A DNA stretch of 64,000 nt from positions 1-64,000 of IMG/VR virus record IMGVR_UViG_3300031787_000064. One strand, given 5' to 3'. Below are positions 37,523 to 45,980 of the stretch, piece by piece. This stretch comes from a virus. The position numbers and the translations under genes were made by a program. Within the stretch, counting starts at the first letter, position 1. The number at the start of each line of letters is the position of its first letter. The notes beneath the pieces were generated by a model. That model was not told where the DNA came from. It saw only the letters and a program-made list of their open reading frames with translations, and did no database searches.

Positions 37523-37813
37523 TTAGCTTAAAGAACTTAATACCACACCTTTGTAACCAAGGCTATTAGCCTTCTCGATACCAACGAACTCGCTAAAGTC
37601 TTCACCTGGTACCTCATACAAGTATACCTGGAAGTTCTCACAAAACTTCTTAATATGCTTGGACTGCTCGGCCCAATCCATATACATCGTATTGATGCCT
37701 AACGTATAGTCAAGCCAATCGTGAACATCACAAATATTCAATACAGGAAATTCGCTTTGTAGCTCAGCGATAACTCTGTTTCTACCTTCTAATACTAATT
37801 CATTCATATTCAT
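37523..37813 (-). CDS. hypothetical early protein
   Basis: First gene after promoter module 3. Confidence 0.65.
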   Translation of the reverse strand: MNMNELVLEGRNRVIAELQSEFPVLNICDVHDWLDYTLGINTMYMDWAEQSKHIKKFCENFQVYLYEVPGEDFSEFVGIEKANSLGYKGVVLSSLS

Positions 37814-37851
37814 AACTTTTATTTTAAGTGTCCTTTAATCAATCGAACAAT

Positions 37852-37983
37852 GTAAATATACTACGAATTTTTGACACCAAAAAATTTTTAGTGAACTATT
37901 TTGAAAATTGTCGATTGATAATCAATTAGTTATGCAAGTGATTGGAAATCAATCAGTTACACACCTTGATAATCAATTAGTTA
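37852..37983 (-). promoter_or_regulatory. early promoter module 3 with tandem IHF-like sites
   Basis: GTAAATATAC...GTGAACTATTTTGAAAATT; 18-mers at 37915, 37942 and 37966, all matching WATCAANNNNTTR. Confidence 0.7.
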
Positions 37984-38015
37984 CGTATGTAGGAAAATTA
38001 ATATGTATAAGTGAC

Positions 38016-38603
38016 TCACTTCTTGTACCTGCACCTGTCAAAATGCCATTGTTTCATGGCGCTTCCTTTTCCTTTCTTTAAACAGTGCGGACACGTATAC
38101 ACGGGACGAATATCACCAGCATATTTAGGACATTTATCAAAATGATATTTTTTTGCATTATTAGATGCTGTTTTAATTCCACAATGAGGACATTCAATAT
38201 GGCTGTATACTTTTCCTATGCTAGCTTCTTTTATTTTATTTTTATGTTCTTCAGACTTAGGTTTTCTCATTCTCATTTTTGTTTCCTCAGTCTTAGGTTT
38301 TTTCATTCTACTCTTATGGTATTCTGATAAAGGCTTGCCTGTTTTAAATTCACTAATCTTTTTATTTATATGAGCTCTTTCTTCTGGTGTCATGTTTAAT
38401 CTTTGACTTATTAAGTGGGCTGCGCAATATTCACCTTTATCATAATGAATTTGATAATGCTCTTTTAATGGAAGTGCAATAAGATTAAATATATTATTGT
38501 TATTTCTATCACCATCAATGTGATGGATATCATAAGTCACTCCATTTTCATCAACTGGTATCGGTCCGTAATAATCAGACCATATTTTTCTATAATCAGC
38601 CAT
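38016..38603 (-). CDS. HNH homing-type endonuclease with NUMOD3 and CPHC zinc-ribbon repeats
   Basis: YDIHHIDGDRNNNNIFNLIAL...EHYQIH; KPKSEEHK repeats; CPHC...HFDKC twice; start reassigned to MADYRKIW at 38603. Confidence 0.85.
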   Translation of the reverse strand: MADYRKIWSDYYGPIPVDENGVTYDIHHIDGDRNNNNIFNLIALPLKEHYQIHYDKGEYCAAHLISQRLNMTPEERAHINKKISEFKTGKPLSEYHKSRMKKPKTEETKMRMRKPKSEEHKNKIKEASIGKVYSHIECPHCGIKTASNNAKKYHFDKCPKYAGDIRPVYTCPHCLKKGKGSAMKQWHFDRCRYKK

Positions 38604-38613
38604 AAAATAAAAA

Positions 38614-38712
38614 TGGACCCAGAGGAAGTAAAGGTCCCGGAATGACCGATACTCCATGAGTCCAATAAATTATTGTAGATAGTTGATTCCGGCAACTTTC
38701 TATCTATAATAA
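38614..38712 (-). ncRNA. structured 5' leader RNA: two hairpins with complementary loops (kissing-loop)
   Basis: Loop CCGGAAU (38686-38692) and loop AUUCCGG (38637-38643) are exact complements; each closes a multi-segment stem. Confidence 0.7.
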
Positions 38713-38717
38713 ATATC

Positions 38718-39467
38718 TTACTTTTTAAAATCTATAAATTCATTACCATCTTCTTGACTCAAATGATCTTCTTTAGACTTAAATAATACATCTCCAGATC
38801 CATCTAATCCGAGGTTTTTAAGATGTGTATAATAAAAATCATCGAGTTGGAATAACTCTTGTGCATCTTCTTTTATCTCTGGTGCATCTATAGGCATTGC
38901 TTCTAGACGTTGTAGCATTTTGTTTGAGAACGGATCTTCTATGAACAAGAAGTAACAATTGTAGCAAAGCCATCTTAGGTTCTCTATTCTCCAGTCACTA
39001 CGTTTACCGTTAACAAAGTTAAGTAGTAAAGGTGCTTTCATATCTGTCAATCTCTTCTCACTGAACTTACATGTTGCACATTGGTAACCTAGTCTACCAT
39101 CTTTCATTAGAAGTTCTTTCAACCTTATAATCTTCTTGGTATTGATAGGTTGATTCTCTACTAACATGTCGTCTAGATTCTTCTTCCACTGTCCACCTAC
39201 CCAGTTCTTAGGCATACCTTTGCCTGCTTGATTCTTGTGTAGTTCGAACAAGCTTTTGCCTGTAGCTTCGTCTATATGTTTCTTTGCATACTTCTTGTAT
39301 GTAACATCTGTAATGCCAAGCCATCTAGCAGCTTCTTTATTGCTTCTAGTATTAGCCATGGCTTCTCTAATTCTTTCTGGAGATAATTGCAGGCCTCGGT
39401 TCCACCAGGTTTCTGGTCTAACGCCTCTAGCCATATTTTCTTTCGTGAAGTTATATTGCTTGCTCAT
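38718..39467 (-). CDS. HTH plus degenerate HNH/zinc-finger protein
   Basis: SNKEAARWLGITDVTYKKYA HTH; CATC...PLLLNFVNGKRSDWRIENLRWLCYNC HNH scaffold lacking the catalytic His. Confidence 0.7.
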   Translation of the reverse strand: MSKQYNFTKENMARGVRPETWWNRGLQLSPERIREAMANTRSNKEAARWLGITDVTYKKYAKKHIDEATGKSLFELHKNQAGKGMPKNWVGGQWKKNLDDMLVENQPINTKKIIRLKELLMKDGRLGYQCATCKFSEKRLTDMKAPLLLNFVNGKRSDWRIENLRWLCYNCYFLFIEDPFSNKMLQRLEAMPIDAPEIKEDAQELFQLDDFYYTHLKNLGLDGSGDVLFKSKEDHLSQEDGNEFIDFKK

Positions 39468-39867
39468 CTATTTTAGGGTTTACTTTACACATCAAGTTCC
39501 ACAAATCAGTTGGGTTGTTAAGTATTACCTCGTCTTTATCATTCACTATAATTGGGTTCATAGTCCCATCAGAGTTTACTCTATCGTATAAATAGAATCC
39601 TATTAGTTCCATACATTGCTTACCGAAGTTCATATACAACAACATGTCTATGATAGTAAAGAACTTCTCATCATAGTTAGTAAAGTCAAGGTTTAGATCT
39701 GCATAGACTATATTCTGTCTAACAAAGATCTCTTCCATCATCACAATAACATTAAAGAATAGTTCACGCTTCTTGTCTATTACAGACTTCCTCTTCCTTC
39801 TAATCAAGGTTTTGGTACCTAAGATCTCATCGACAGCTAACTGAACTTGCTTATATTCTTTTTCCAT
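39451..39867 (-). CDS. conserved hypothetical protein
   Basis: 138-aa ORF overlapping its neighbours. Confidence 0.7.
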   Translation of the reverse strand: MEKEYKQVQLAVDEILGTKTLIRRKRKSVIDKKRELFFNVIVMMEEIFVRQNIVYADLNLDFTNYDEKFFTIIDMLLYMNFGKQCMELIGFYLYDRVNSDGTMNPIIVNDKDEVILNNPTDLWNLMCKVNPKIDEQAI

Positions 39868-40210
39868 GCTTTCTCTTTTTAGGTACGTCTATCTTTCCAG
39901 ACTTAGGTTTTTCTTGTATGGTGTGAATTAAGTTCTTAATGTGAGTGCACATCTCATAGTCTTCGTCTTCAACGTACCAGACTAAACAGGTCTCAAGTGC
40001 TTGGATCCAGTTGTTCTTATGAACCTCTACATACTGACCTGAATCGTTTATTTCAAATAAAGATGCGTAGATCTTCTTATCAGCGACTGCTTCTTCTATA
40101 GCAAGTGGTACATGCTTCTTAACCAGATCTTTTAGAATATCTGACTTAGCAATTTGCTCTGGAGTTAAACTATCTAAACTATCAAATAGTGCTCTAACAG
40201 GTTTACGCAT
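39851..40210 (-). CDS. hypothetical protein with UVR-like motif
   Basis: YVEDEDYEMCTHIKNLI. Confidence 0.65.
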   Translation of the reverse strand: MRKPVRALFDSLDSLTPEQIAKSDILKDLVKKHVPLAIEEAVADKKIYASLFEINDSGQYVEVHKNNWIQALETCLVWYVEDEDYEMCTHIKNLIHTIQEKPKSGKIDVPKKRKHGKRI

Positions 40211-40227
40211 AACTAAATTAATCGTTT

Positions 40228-40887
40228 TTACTTGAATCTAGGGTTATGCAGTCTCATAAACTCTGCATGCTCTGGTCTTTTCTTGCCATAGAATGGATGG
40301 TTTTCTCCTCTCATCTTTTCTTTAAAGCTTTCTGATTGTGTGTTTCTAACTCCTGTATATGTAGGACAGTTGTCGAAGTGCCATCTATGCATAACATTCT
40401 CATTTCCTTTTTTACCACAGTGAGGACACTCAGCATCTCTCTTCTTCTTTCCTTTCTGAGCTATGCTAAGTTTAAGTTTAGTTTCCTCTGACTTGACTTT
40501 CCCTAAACCAGATTTGTTACCTTTAGAAGTAATAGTCAGCTTTTGTCTATGCTCTAACGTCTTCTTTCTACCAAACCAAGGATGGGCTTCTTTACTTCCG
40601 AATCCACCATCTCCGATTTCCTCTTTCATGTTAGCCCAGTTATCTGACTTAACTACATTGAATAAGTTAGAATAATACAATCCTAACTCTTTTACTTCAT
40701 CTTCATTAATTGTTTCGTGAAGTATCCAAGTCTGTAAGTCTGAGTTCTTGAGGTTGTGCAAGTTAAGGTGTCTTTTCCATCTTAGCCCACTACCTTCATA
40801 CTTATAAGGATCTTGAACTGTCTTACCTAGATACAATAACCCTTTAGGACTCTGCTTAACGTATATGTAAGTCTTCTTATTCTCCAC
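40228..40887 (-). CDS. GIY-YIG homing endonuclease with NUMOD3 repeats
   Basis: YIYVKQSPKGLLYLGKT...YEGSG; KSEETKLKLS; CPHCGK...RWHFDNC; NHPFYGK. Confidence 0.85.
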   Translation of the reverse strand: MENKKTYIYVKQSPKGLLYLGKTVQDPYKYEGSGLRWKRHLNLHNLKNSDLQTWILHETINEDEVKELGLYYSNLFNVVKSDNWANMKEEIGDGGFGSKEAHPWFGRKKTLEHRQKLTITSKGNKSGLGKVKSEETKLKLSIAQKGKKKRDAECPHCGKKGNENVMHRWHFDNCPTYTGVRNTQSESFKEKMRGENHPFYGKKRPEHAEFMRLHNPRFK

Positions 40888-41191
40888 CTTTCATAGCTTT
40901 GATTATCATCGTAGCTACTGAATTTAAAGGTACGATGAATCCTATAACGTTACGATATGGCGATCTATCATCAAAATCTACCATTACGCCAGCAGCTCCT
41001 AGGCGTTTCTGTAATGCTATACTTATTTGTTGAGCCAAAGCTTGCTTGTCTCTAGGATCTTGGAACTCTTGATCTAGAATGAACTGGAGTTTAACTCCTT
41101 TCTTGGTAGGATTATCGTTAACGTCGAACTGAAGCTTGTACTTCTTTCCTCCGACGGTTATATTGAATAGTGGATTAATAGCCTGCGCCAT
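40877..41191 (-). CDS. conserved hypothetical late protein
   Basis: ATATTTAT at 41203-41210; FDVNDNPTKKGVK motif. Confidence 0.7.
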   Translation of the reverse strand: MAQAINPLFNITVGGKKYKLQFDVNDNPTKKGVKLQFILDQEFQDPRDKQALAQQISIALQKRLGAAGVMVDFDDRSPYRNVIGFIVPLNSVATMIIKAMKGGE

Positions 41192-41211
41192 CTTGTTTTT
41201 AAATAAATATC

Positions 41212-42495
41212 TTACTCTATTGTTAATAGTGACATATCGAACGGTGGATTTTTAACCACGATTTGATCTGGGGCTAGGCTGACCACGTTCTTTACCTCTA
41301 TTCTGGCTGATCCTAGTTCATATATTCCTGGTTCATAAGGTTCTATAATCGAGCTTATACGCGTCAGGTTTTGTAGAAAAGGATCTTGTTGAGGATCGAC
41401 TTTACCAAAGGACACTTCAATTTTAATGTTATAATCATCTGGCTGACCTACTTTGTAGATCGAATCGAAATCAACCTGATTGTAGAACTCTTTATCGTGT
41501 TCCCAATCCTCTAGTGAAAATCCTAATAGTTCGTTTGCTGGATCATGTTGGTTACTGAAGATAGATATGATCGCTTTCTTTTGATCTTCGTTTCCTAACC
41601 ACACTCTTGAAAAGAATGGTTCTATTTGTACTATGAACATCGGATTCAATTTGCCAGGTTCTGACAAAACTAGATCCATATCGATCTTATTTAGTTTGGG
41701 TTCACCATGATTAAAGTTACCCCACTTCTGTAAGAATCTCCTAATCTCTATTCCGTCTGCTATTTTCTGAAGTTCAACACGTCTTTGTGCATCTTGATTG
41801 TTCTTATCAAACCAATTCTTTCCTCTTGAAGATACACATGTGAAATGATATACCACAGCAGAGAAAGTTTGTTTTAGACTTATTCCTGCATGTAAACATC
41901 TTTGGACAAAGTCAGAATCTTCTCTAGCTCTTCTAAACAAAGTATCATATCCTCCTATCTTCATCCACGTTTCTTTATGAAATGTATATGGTGCAAAGAA
42001 GTAGTCTACTATTTCACTTCTTTTAACTGTTTCTGAAAACTCTACAAACTCATCAAATTTAAATTCAAGAGGATCTAAACCAAAGTCTTTTGTTATAGTT
42101 TTATCTGATGGTCCATGAAGTGGTGGTTCTATTCTAGTAGAACTTAATATTGTATTCTCTTCTAAAGCATTTATAACTTCCGTATCATAATGTTTAGACA
42201 CAACCATATCAGATTGTAGATAGCTTATAATGTCATACTTTGCTAGTTCAACTATCAAATTAGAGTTTCTTTGATAGCCTACTATTCCTTTTAGTTTATG
42301 AGTAACTATCTTTAGATCAGTAAAGTCATTCTTTACAGACTTTAAATAGTCAACAGTTCCATCTGTGTCTTTATCTACAAATACTATTATTTCATGGTCT
42401 TTATTATCTAGATTCTCTTTCAAAGACTTCAAGAGTAGTTTAGTATATTCTAAAGTACCAGCTCCTACATTAGTTGCAAATGTTATATTTCTCAT
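41212..42495 (-). CDS. glycosyltransferase, GT2/GT-A
   Basis: IIVFVDKDTDGT, AKYDIISYLQSDMV, IGGYDTLF...EDSDF, YHF. Confidence 0.85.
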   Translation of the reverse strand: MRNITFATNVGAGTLEYTKLLLKSLKENLDNKDHEIIVFVDKDTDGTVDYLKSVKNDFTDLKIVTHKLKGIVGYQRNSNLIVELAKYDIISYLQSDMVVSKHYDTEVINALEENTILSSTRIEPPLHGPSDKTITKDFGLDPLEFKFDEFVEFSETVKRSEIVDYFFAPYTFHKETWMKIGGYDTLFRRAREDSDFVQRCLHAGISLKQTFSAVVYHFTCVSSRGKNWFDKNNQDAQRRVELQKIADGIEIRRFLQKWGNFNHGEPKLNKIDMDLVLSEPGKLNPMFIVQIEPFFSRVWLGNEDQKKAIISIFSNQHDPANELLGFSLEDWEHDKEFYNQVDFDSIYKVGQPDDYNIKIEVSFGKVDPQQDPFLQNLTRISSIIEPYEPGIYELGSARIEVKNVVSLAPDQIVVKNPPFDMSLLTIE

Positions 42496-43268
42496 TTTAG
42501 TTTATTGTATACTTGTCTAATACCTTCTTCTAGACCAATATAGTTAATTCCAATTGGTTTATAATCACCTATATAATTAGTGACGATATTATTGTTAGAC
42601 GATATAGCAACTTTATAATTGCTAAGATTATTTACCATCATTGCAATATCTAAAAGCGATTGCTTTCTTTCATAAACACAATCATATGTTTTAGGCAAGT
42701 TATTATTGTTTATATAGTAGTCAACTACACTAACTAGATCTTGCATATAAAAGAAGTCCATGTATTTGTATTCATAAACCTGCATGTCTTCTTTATTTAT
42801 GTACTTATTGATGCAAGATTTGATAAACCTAGTGTCTAATTCATTCTCATCAAACACAGCAAACACTCTCAAATTATAAAAGTTATTTATCTCTTCTATT
42901 GATCTAGCTATAACTTTCTTACTCAATCCGTATGGTTCATCAGACATATATAGTTCAGCACCAGAACCAAAATGGATTAGTTTATCATAAGACAATTTAT
43001 TCTGAAGTAGATTATAATACATAGACAAGTTAATGTCCATGTCTAGATAATTGTCTTTTCTAAGTCTACTACCTCCTGATACTGCGGTATGTATTATTAC
43101 ATCGAAGTGCTTATCTCTCATGTAAACTCTTGTGTCAATAGAGTTAGTAAGGTCTAATGTGTCTCTGCCAATACATGTTACATCATACTTGCTAGATAGT
43201 TCTCTGTAAAGACTCTTAGCAATATAGCCAGATTTACCTGTAATTAATATATTTTTTATTCTATCCAC
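42492..43268 (-). CDS. NAD-dependent epimerase/reductase (YerF-like position)
   Basis: ILITGKSGYIA, FGSGAE, YGLSK. Confidence 0.85.
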   Translation of the reverse strand: MDRIKNILITGKSGYIAKSLYRELSSKYDVTCIGRDTLDLTNSIDTRVYMRDKHFDVIIHTAVSGGSRLRKDNYLDMDINLSMYYNLLQNKLSYDKLIHFGSGAELYMSDEPYGLSKKVIARSIEEINNFYNLRVFAVFDENELDTRFIKSCINKYINKEDMQVYEYKYMDFFYMQDLVSVVDYYINNNNLPKTYDCVYERKQSLLDIAMMVNNLSNYKVAISSNNNIVTNYIGDYKPIGINYIGLEEGIRQVYNKLK

Positions 43269-44992
43269 TGTATATTTTTTAATTCTCCTGGTATGAACTT
43301 ACCGTCTTCTCCTAACTTGGCTACTACTTTAGGTTCATGAAATTCATTAGGATCTGTGAACACTTCACATATTGCAGGACCTTCTTGACTAAAGAATTCT
43401 TTTAGCGTAGATTCAATATCACTATTGTTCTTTATAGAATAATAAGGTAAGTCGTATGCATTTATTAACTTCTTAAAGTCTGGAAAAGAAACTCCGCTTG
43501 ACTTCTCAGAAGCTACATACTTCCCTTTAAAAAAGGTTTTCTGAGATATCTTTATAGACAGATACCCATCGTTGTTTAATAGAATGAGTTTTATAGGAAG
43601 GTTATAATGTTTGATTGTTTGTAATTCATGTACGTTCAAATGTAAACTTCCATCTCCTTCAAGACAAACTATTTTGTGTTTAATAGCAGCTCCTATTGCT
43701 GCAGGCATTCCGTATCCCATCGGAGCACAACCAGTATTTGTAATTAGTCTTTGATCTTTCTTAAGATCTAAAACCTGCATAGTAACTACATTAGCAGATC
43801 CATCACTTGTTATTACATGGTGGTCGGTTGGTATAACTTTACTGAGCTGCTCTATAAAATAATAGTTACTAACAAAGTCTTGATTGTCTCTGTGTCTTTG
43901 TAAAACTTTAGGAGCTTTGTTTACTTCATTACAATGATCAATCCACTCTGTATTAGTTCTAGGTAACTCTTGAGCCAATAGCTGTTTTAAAAACTGTTTA
44001 GCATCAGACTCAACTTTAAGATCAGTAAATAGTGTTGGTTTATTTAATTCATTAACATCTACGTCTACATGTACTTTATAAGCTTGTTTAGCAAAGCTAT
44101 GAAAGTTGTATCCTGTTTGTCTAACATATAATCTGCTTCCTATAGTTAATAAGAAGTCACAATCACTGATTAAGTTGTTGGCACATATTTGTGCGTGTGT
44201 TCCAAATCTACCATAGTATTGTGGATATTCTGATGTGACTAGATCATTTCCGTTCACTGCAGTTATAACAGGAATATTGGTTGCTTCTAAAAGTTTATGT
44301 AGCTCATCAACACCACCACTTAATCTAATACCATTTCCAACTATTAGTAGTGGCTTCTTTGCCTCTTTCCATTTATTTAATATTGTTGATAGATCAATGT
44401 TGCTAGCATTTTTTATTTCTGTATTATCTTCAAAGCCTACTAATAATTCTGGTTCTATATTTGCTGATTGTACATTCAATGGTATATCTATCCAAACAGG
44501 ACCAGGTCTACCTGTAGTTGCTAACTTACAAGCCTTTTCTAAATGATACTTTATTTGATCTGGTTCATTTACCTGTACTGCATATTTAGTCATGCTTTTT
44601 ACAGACTCAACTATATTAAACTCTTGGTCTCCTAATTGTCTTAAAGGTAGGTTTGTATACTCAGTAGTCATTTCTTTATTGACTTGACCACTTATAACAA
44701 TAACAGGAATAGAGTCTAACCAACTACATAAAGTACCAGTAATAGCATTAGTTCCACCAGGTCCACTAGTAACAACACAAGCGCCTAACTTGTTATTAAT
44801 TCTAGCATATCCTTCTGCAGCGATAGACGCAGCTTGTTCGTGGTGCGTTGCTACATATTGAACTCCTTCGGTACTTCCTAATGAATCAACTAAGAATATG
44901 CAACCTCCACCAGATACTGTAAAAATTGTATCAACTCCATAGTTATCCCTTAAGTATTGAATCACAAAGTCAGATACTCTCATACGTTTCAT
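43256..44992 (-). CDS. thiamine-diphosphate-dependent enzyme (acetolactate synthase/YerE-like)
   Basis: HHEQAA, TSGPGGTN, GRPGPVWIDIP, GDGS...NN ThDP motif. Confidence 0.9.
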   Translation of the reverse strand: MKRMRVSDFVIQYLRDNYGVDTIFTVSGGGCIFLVDSLGSTEGVQYVATHHEQAASIAAEGYARINNKLGACVVTSGPGGTNAITGTLCSWLDSIPVIVISGQVNKEMTTEYTNLPLRQLGDQEFNIVESVKSMTKYAVQVNEPDQIKYHLEKACKLATTGRPGPVWIDIPLNVQSANIEPELLVGFEDNTEIKNASNIDLSTILNKWKEAKKPLLIVGNGIRLSGGVDELHKLLEATNIPVITAVNGNDLVTSEYPQYYGRFGTHAQICANNLISDCDFLLTIGSRLYVRQTGYNFHSFAKQAYKVHVDVDVNELNKPTLFTDLKVESDAKQFLKQLLAQELPRTNTEWIDHCNEVNKAPKVLQRHRDNQDFVSNYYFIEQLSKVIPTDHHVITSDGSANVVTMQVLDLKKDQRLITNTGCAPMGYGMPAAIGAAIKHKIVCLEGDGSLHLNVHELQTIKHYNLPIKLILLNNDGYLSIKISQKTFFKGKYVASEKSSGVSFPDFKKLINAYDLPYYSIKNNSDIESTLKEFFSQEGPAICEVFTDPNEFHEPKVVAKLGEDGKFIPGELKNIQWIE

Positions 44993-45980
44993 TTAAAACT
45001 TTTCTAATGACTTCAATGTCTTCTATATTTTTTAGAAAAGGTTCTTTATCAATAAGCACCATAGTCAGTTGACCTGTACTCTTTTTATCAGACTTTACAA
45101 TCTCTAAAAGTCTATCTAAGTTAAACCAATCTCTTTCTAATTCTAGTTCACTGTCTTTTATCAATTTGATTCCTTTGTCTAGAATGATCTCATAGTTGTG
45201 AACATCATAGCCAAGATACTTTGAAACTCTAGCCGCTATCATAGATCCTAATATAACAGCAAGTCCATGAGGTATCTTGTTGTTAGACGTAGTTTCTATT
45301 GCATGGCCAAATGTATGTCCATAATTTAGAAAGCGTCTTTCCTTTTTATCAAACTCATCTTTCTTTAAAATACTAATTTTATATGAAAGACCTTCATGAA
45401 TCATTTCTAGTATATCTCTAGAAAGATTAAAGTTCTTAATGTCGTTTTGTAATATGCTAAATTTATAAATCTCTCCTAAACCACTAATATAATCTTTTCT
45501 AGTGAGCGTATTTAGAAACTCTTTATTAATTAATATCTTAGTTGGTGGATAGAAAGTTCCTACTAAATTCTTCTTACTACGTAGATTAATAGATGTTTTT
45601 CCTCCTACACAACTATCAGCTTGTGCCAAAAGAGTTGTTGGTATTAAAATGTATTCTATTCCTCTGGCATAAACAGATGCACAAAATCCTGCTAGGTCTT
45701 GTATTATACCTCCACCTATAACAATTAACTTGGTTTTTACATTAGCTCTTCTTTCAGATAGCTGGCTTAATAAGTCCTCAGCTCCTTCAAGAGTCTTTGC
45801 TTTCTCAGTTGCTTCTACTATTATACCACTATTTAATTCAGGATATAGGTTAGCGACATTACTATCTACAATAGATACGGTATTAGGTTCTTTCATAAGA
45901 TCCTGAATCACTTGCATCGTGTCTATGAATTCAATAGTATAACTATGAATTGAAGACTCTATAGTTAATTTGCTGTGCAT
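44970..45980 (-). CDS. 3-dehydroquinate synthase-like sugar-phosphate cyclase
   Basis: GGGIIQDLAGF, PTTLLAQADSCVGGKT, LNYGHTFGHAIE, PHGLAV. Confidence 0.9.
   Translation of the reverse strand: MHSKLTIESSIHSYTIEFIDTMQVIQDLMKEPNTVSIVDSNVANLYPELNSGIIVEATEKAKTLEGAEDLLSQLSERRANVKTKLIVIGGGIIQDLAGFCASVYARGIEYILIPTTLLAQADSCVGGKTSINLRSKKNLVGTFYPPTKILINKEFLNTLTRKDYISGLGEIYKFSILQNDIKNFNLSRDILEMIHEGLSYKISILKKDEFDKKERRFLNYGHTFGHAIETTSNNKIPHGLAVILGSMIAARVSKYLGYDVHNYEIILDKGIKLIKDSELELERDWFNLDRLLEIVKSDKKSTGQLTMVLIDKEPFLKNIEDIEVIRKVLNETYESI

Noticed and set aside
21711-37983. 18-mer direct repeats as CRISPR or mini-CRISPR arrays
   Set aside because: Spacers are only 6-9 nt, repeats are degenerate, there are 3-4 units per locus and no cas operon; they fit protein-binding (IHF-like) sites better.
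38604-38657. N-terminal extension MEYRSFRDLYFLWVHFYF of the HNH ORF
   Set aside because: It runs through the structured leader; MADYRKIW follows an AT-rich initiation region and looks like the real start, though this is not proven.
44970-45980. aroB as a shikimate-pathway auxiliary metabolic gene
   Set aside because: No other aro genes are in the window, and it is translationally coupled within an NDP-sugar operon, so no gene symbol was assigned.
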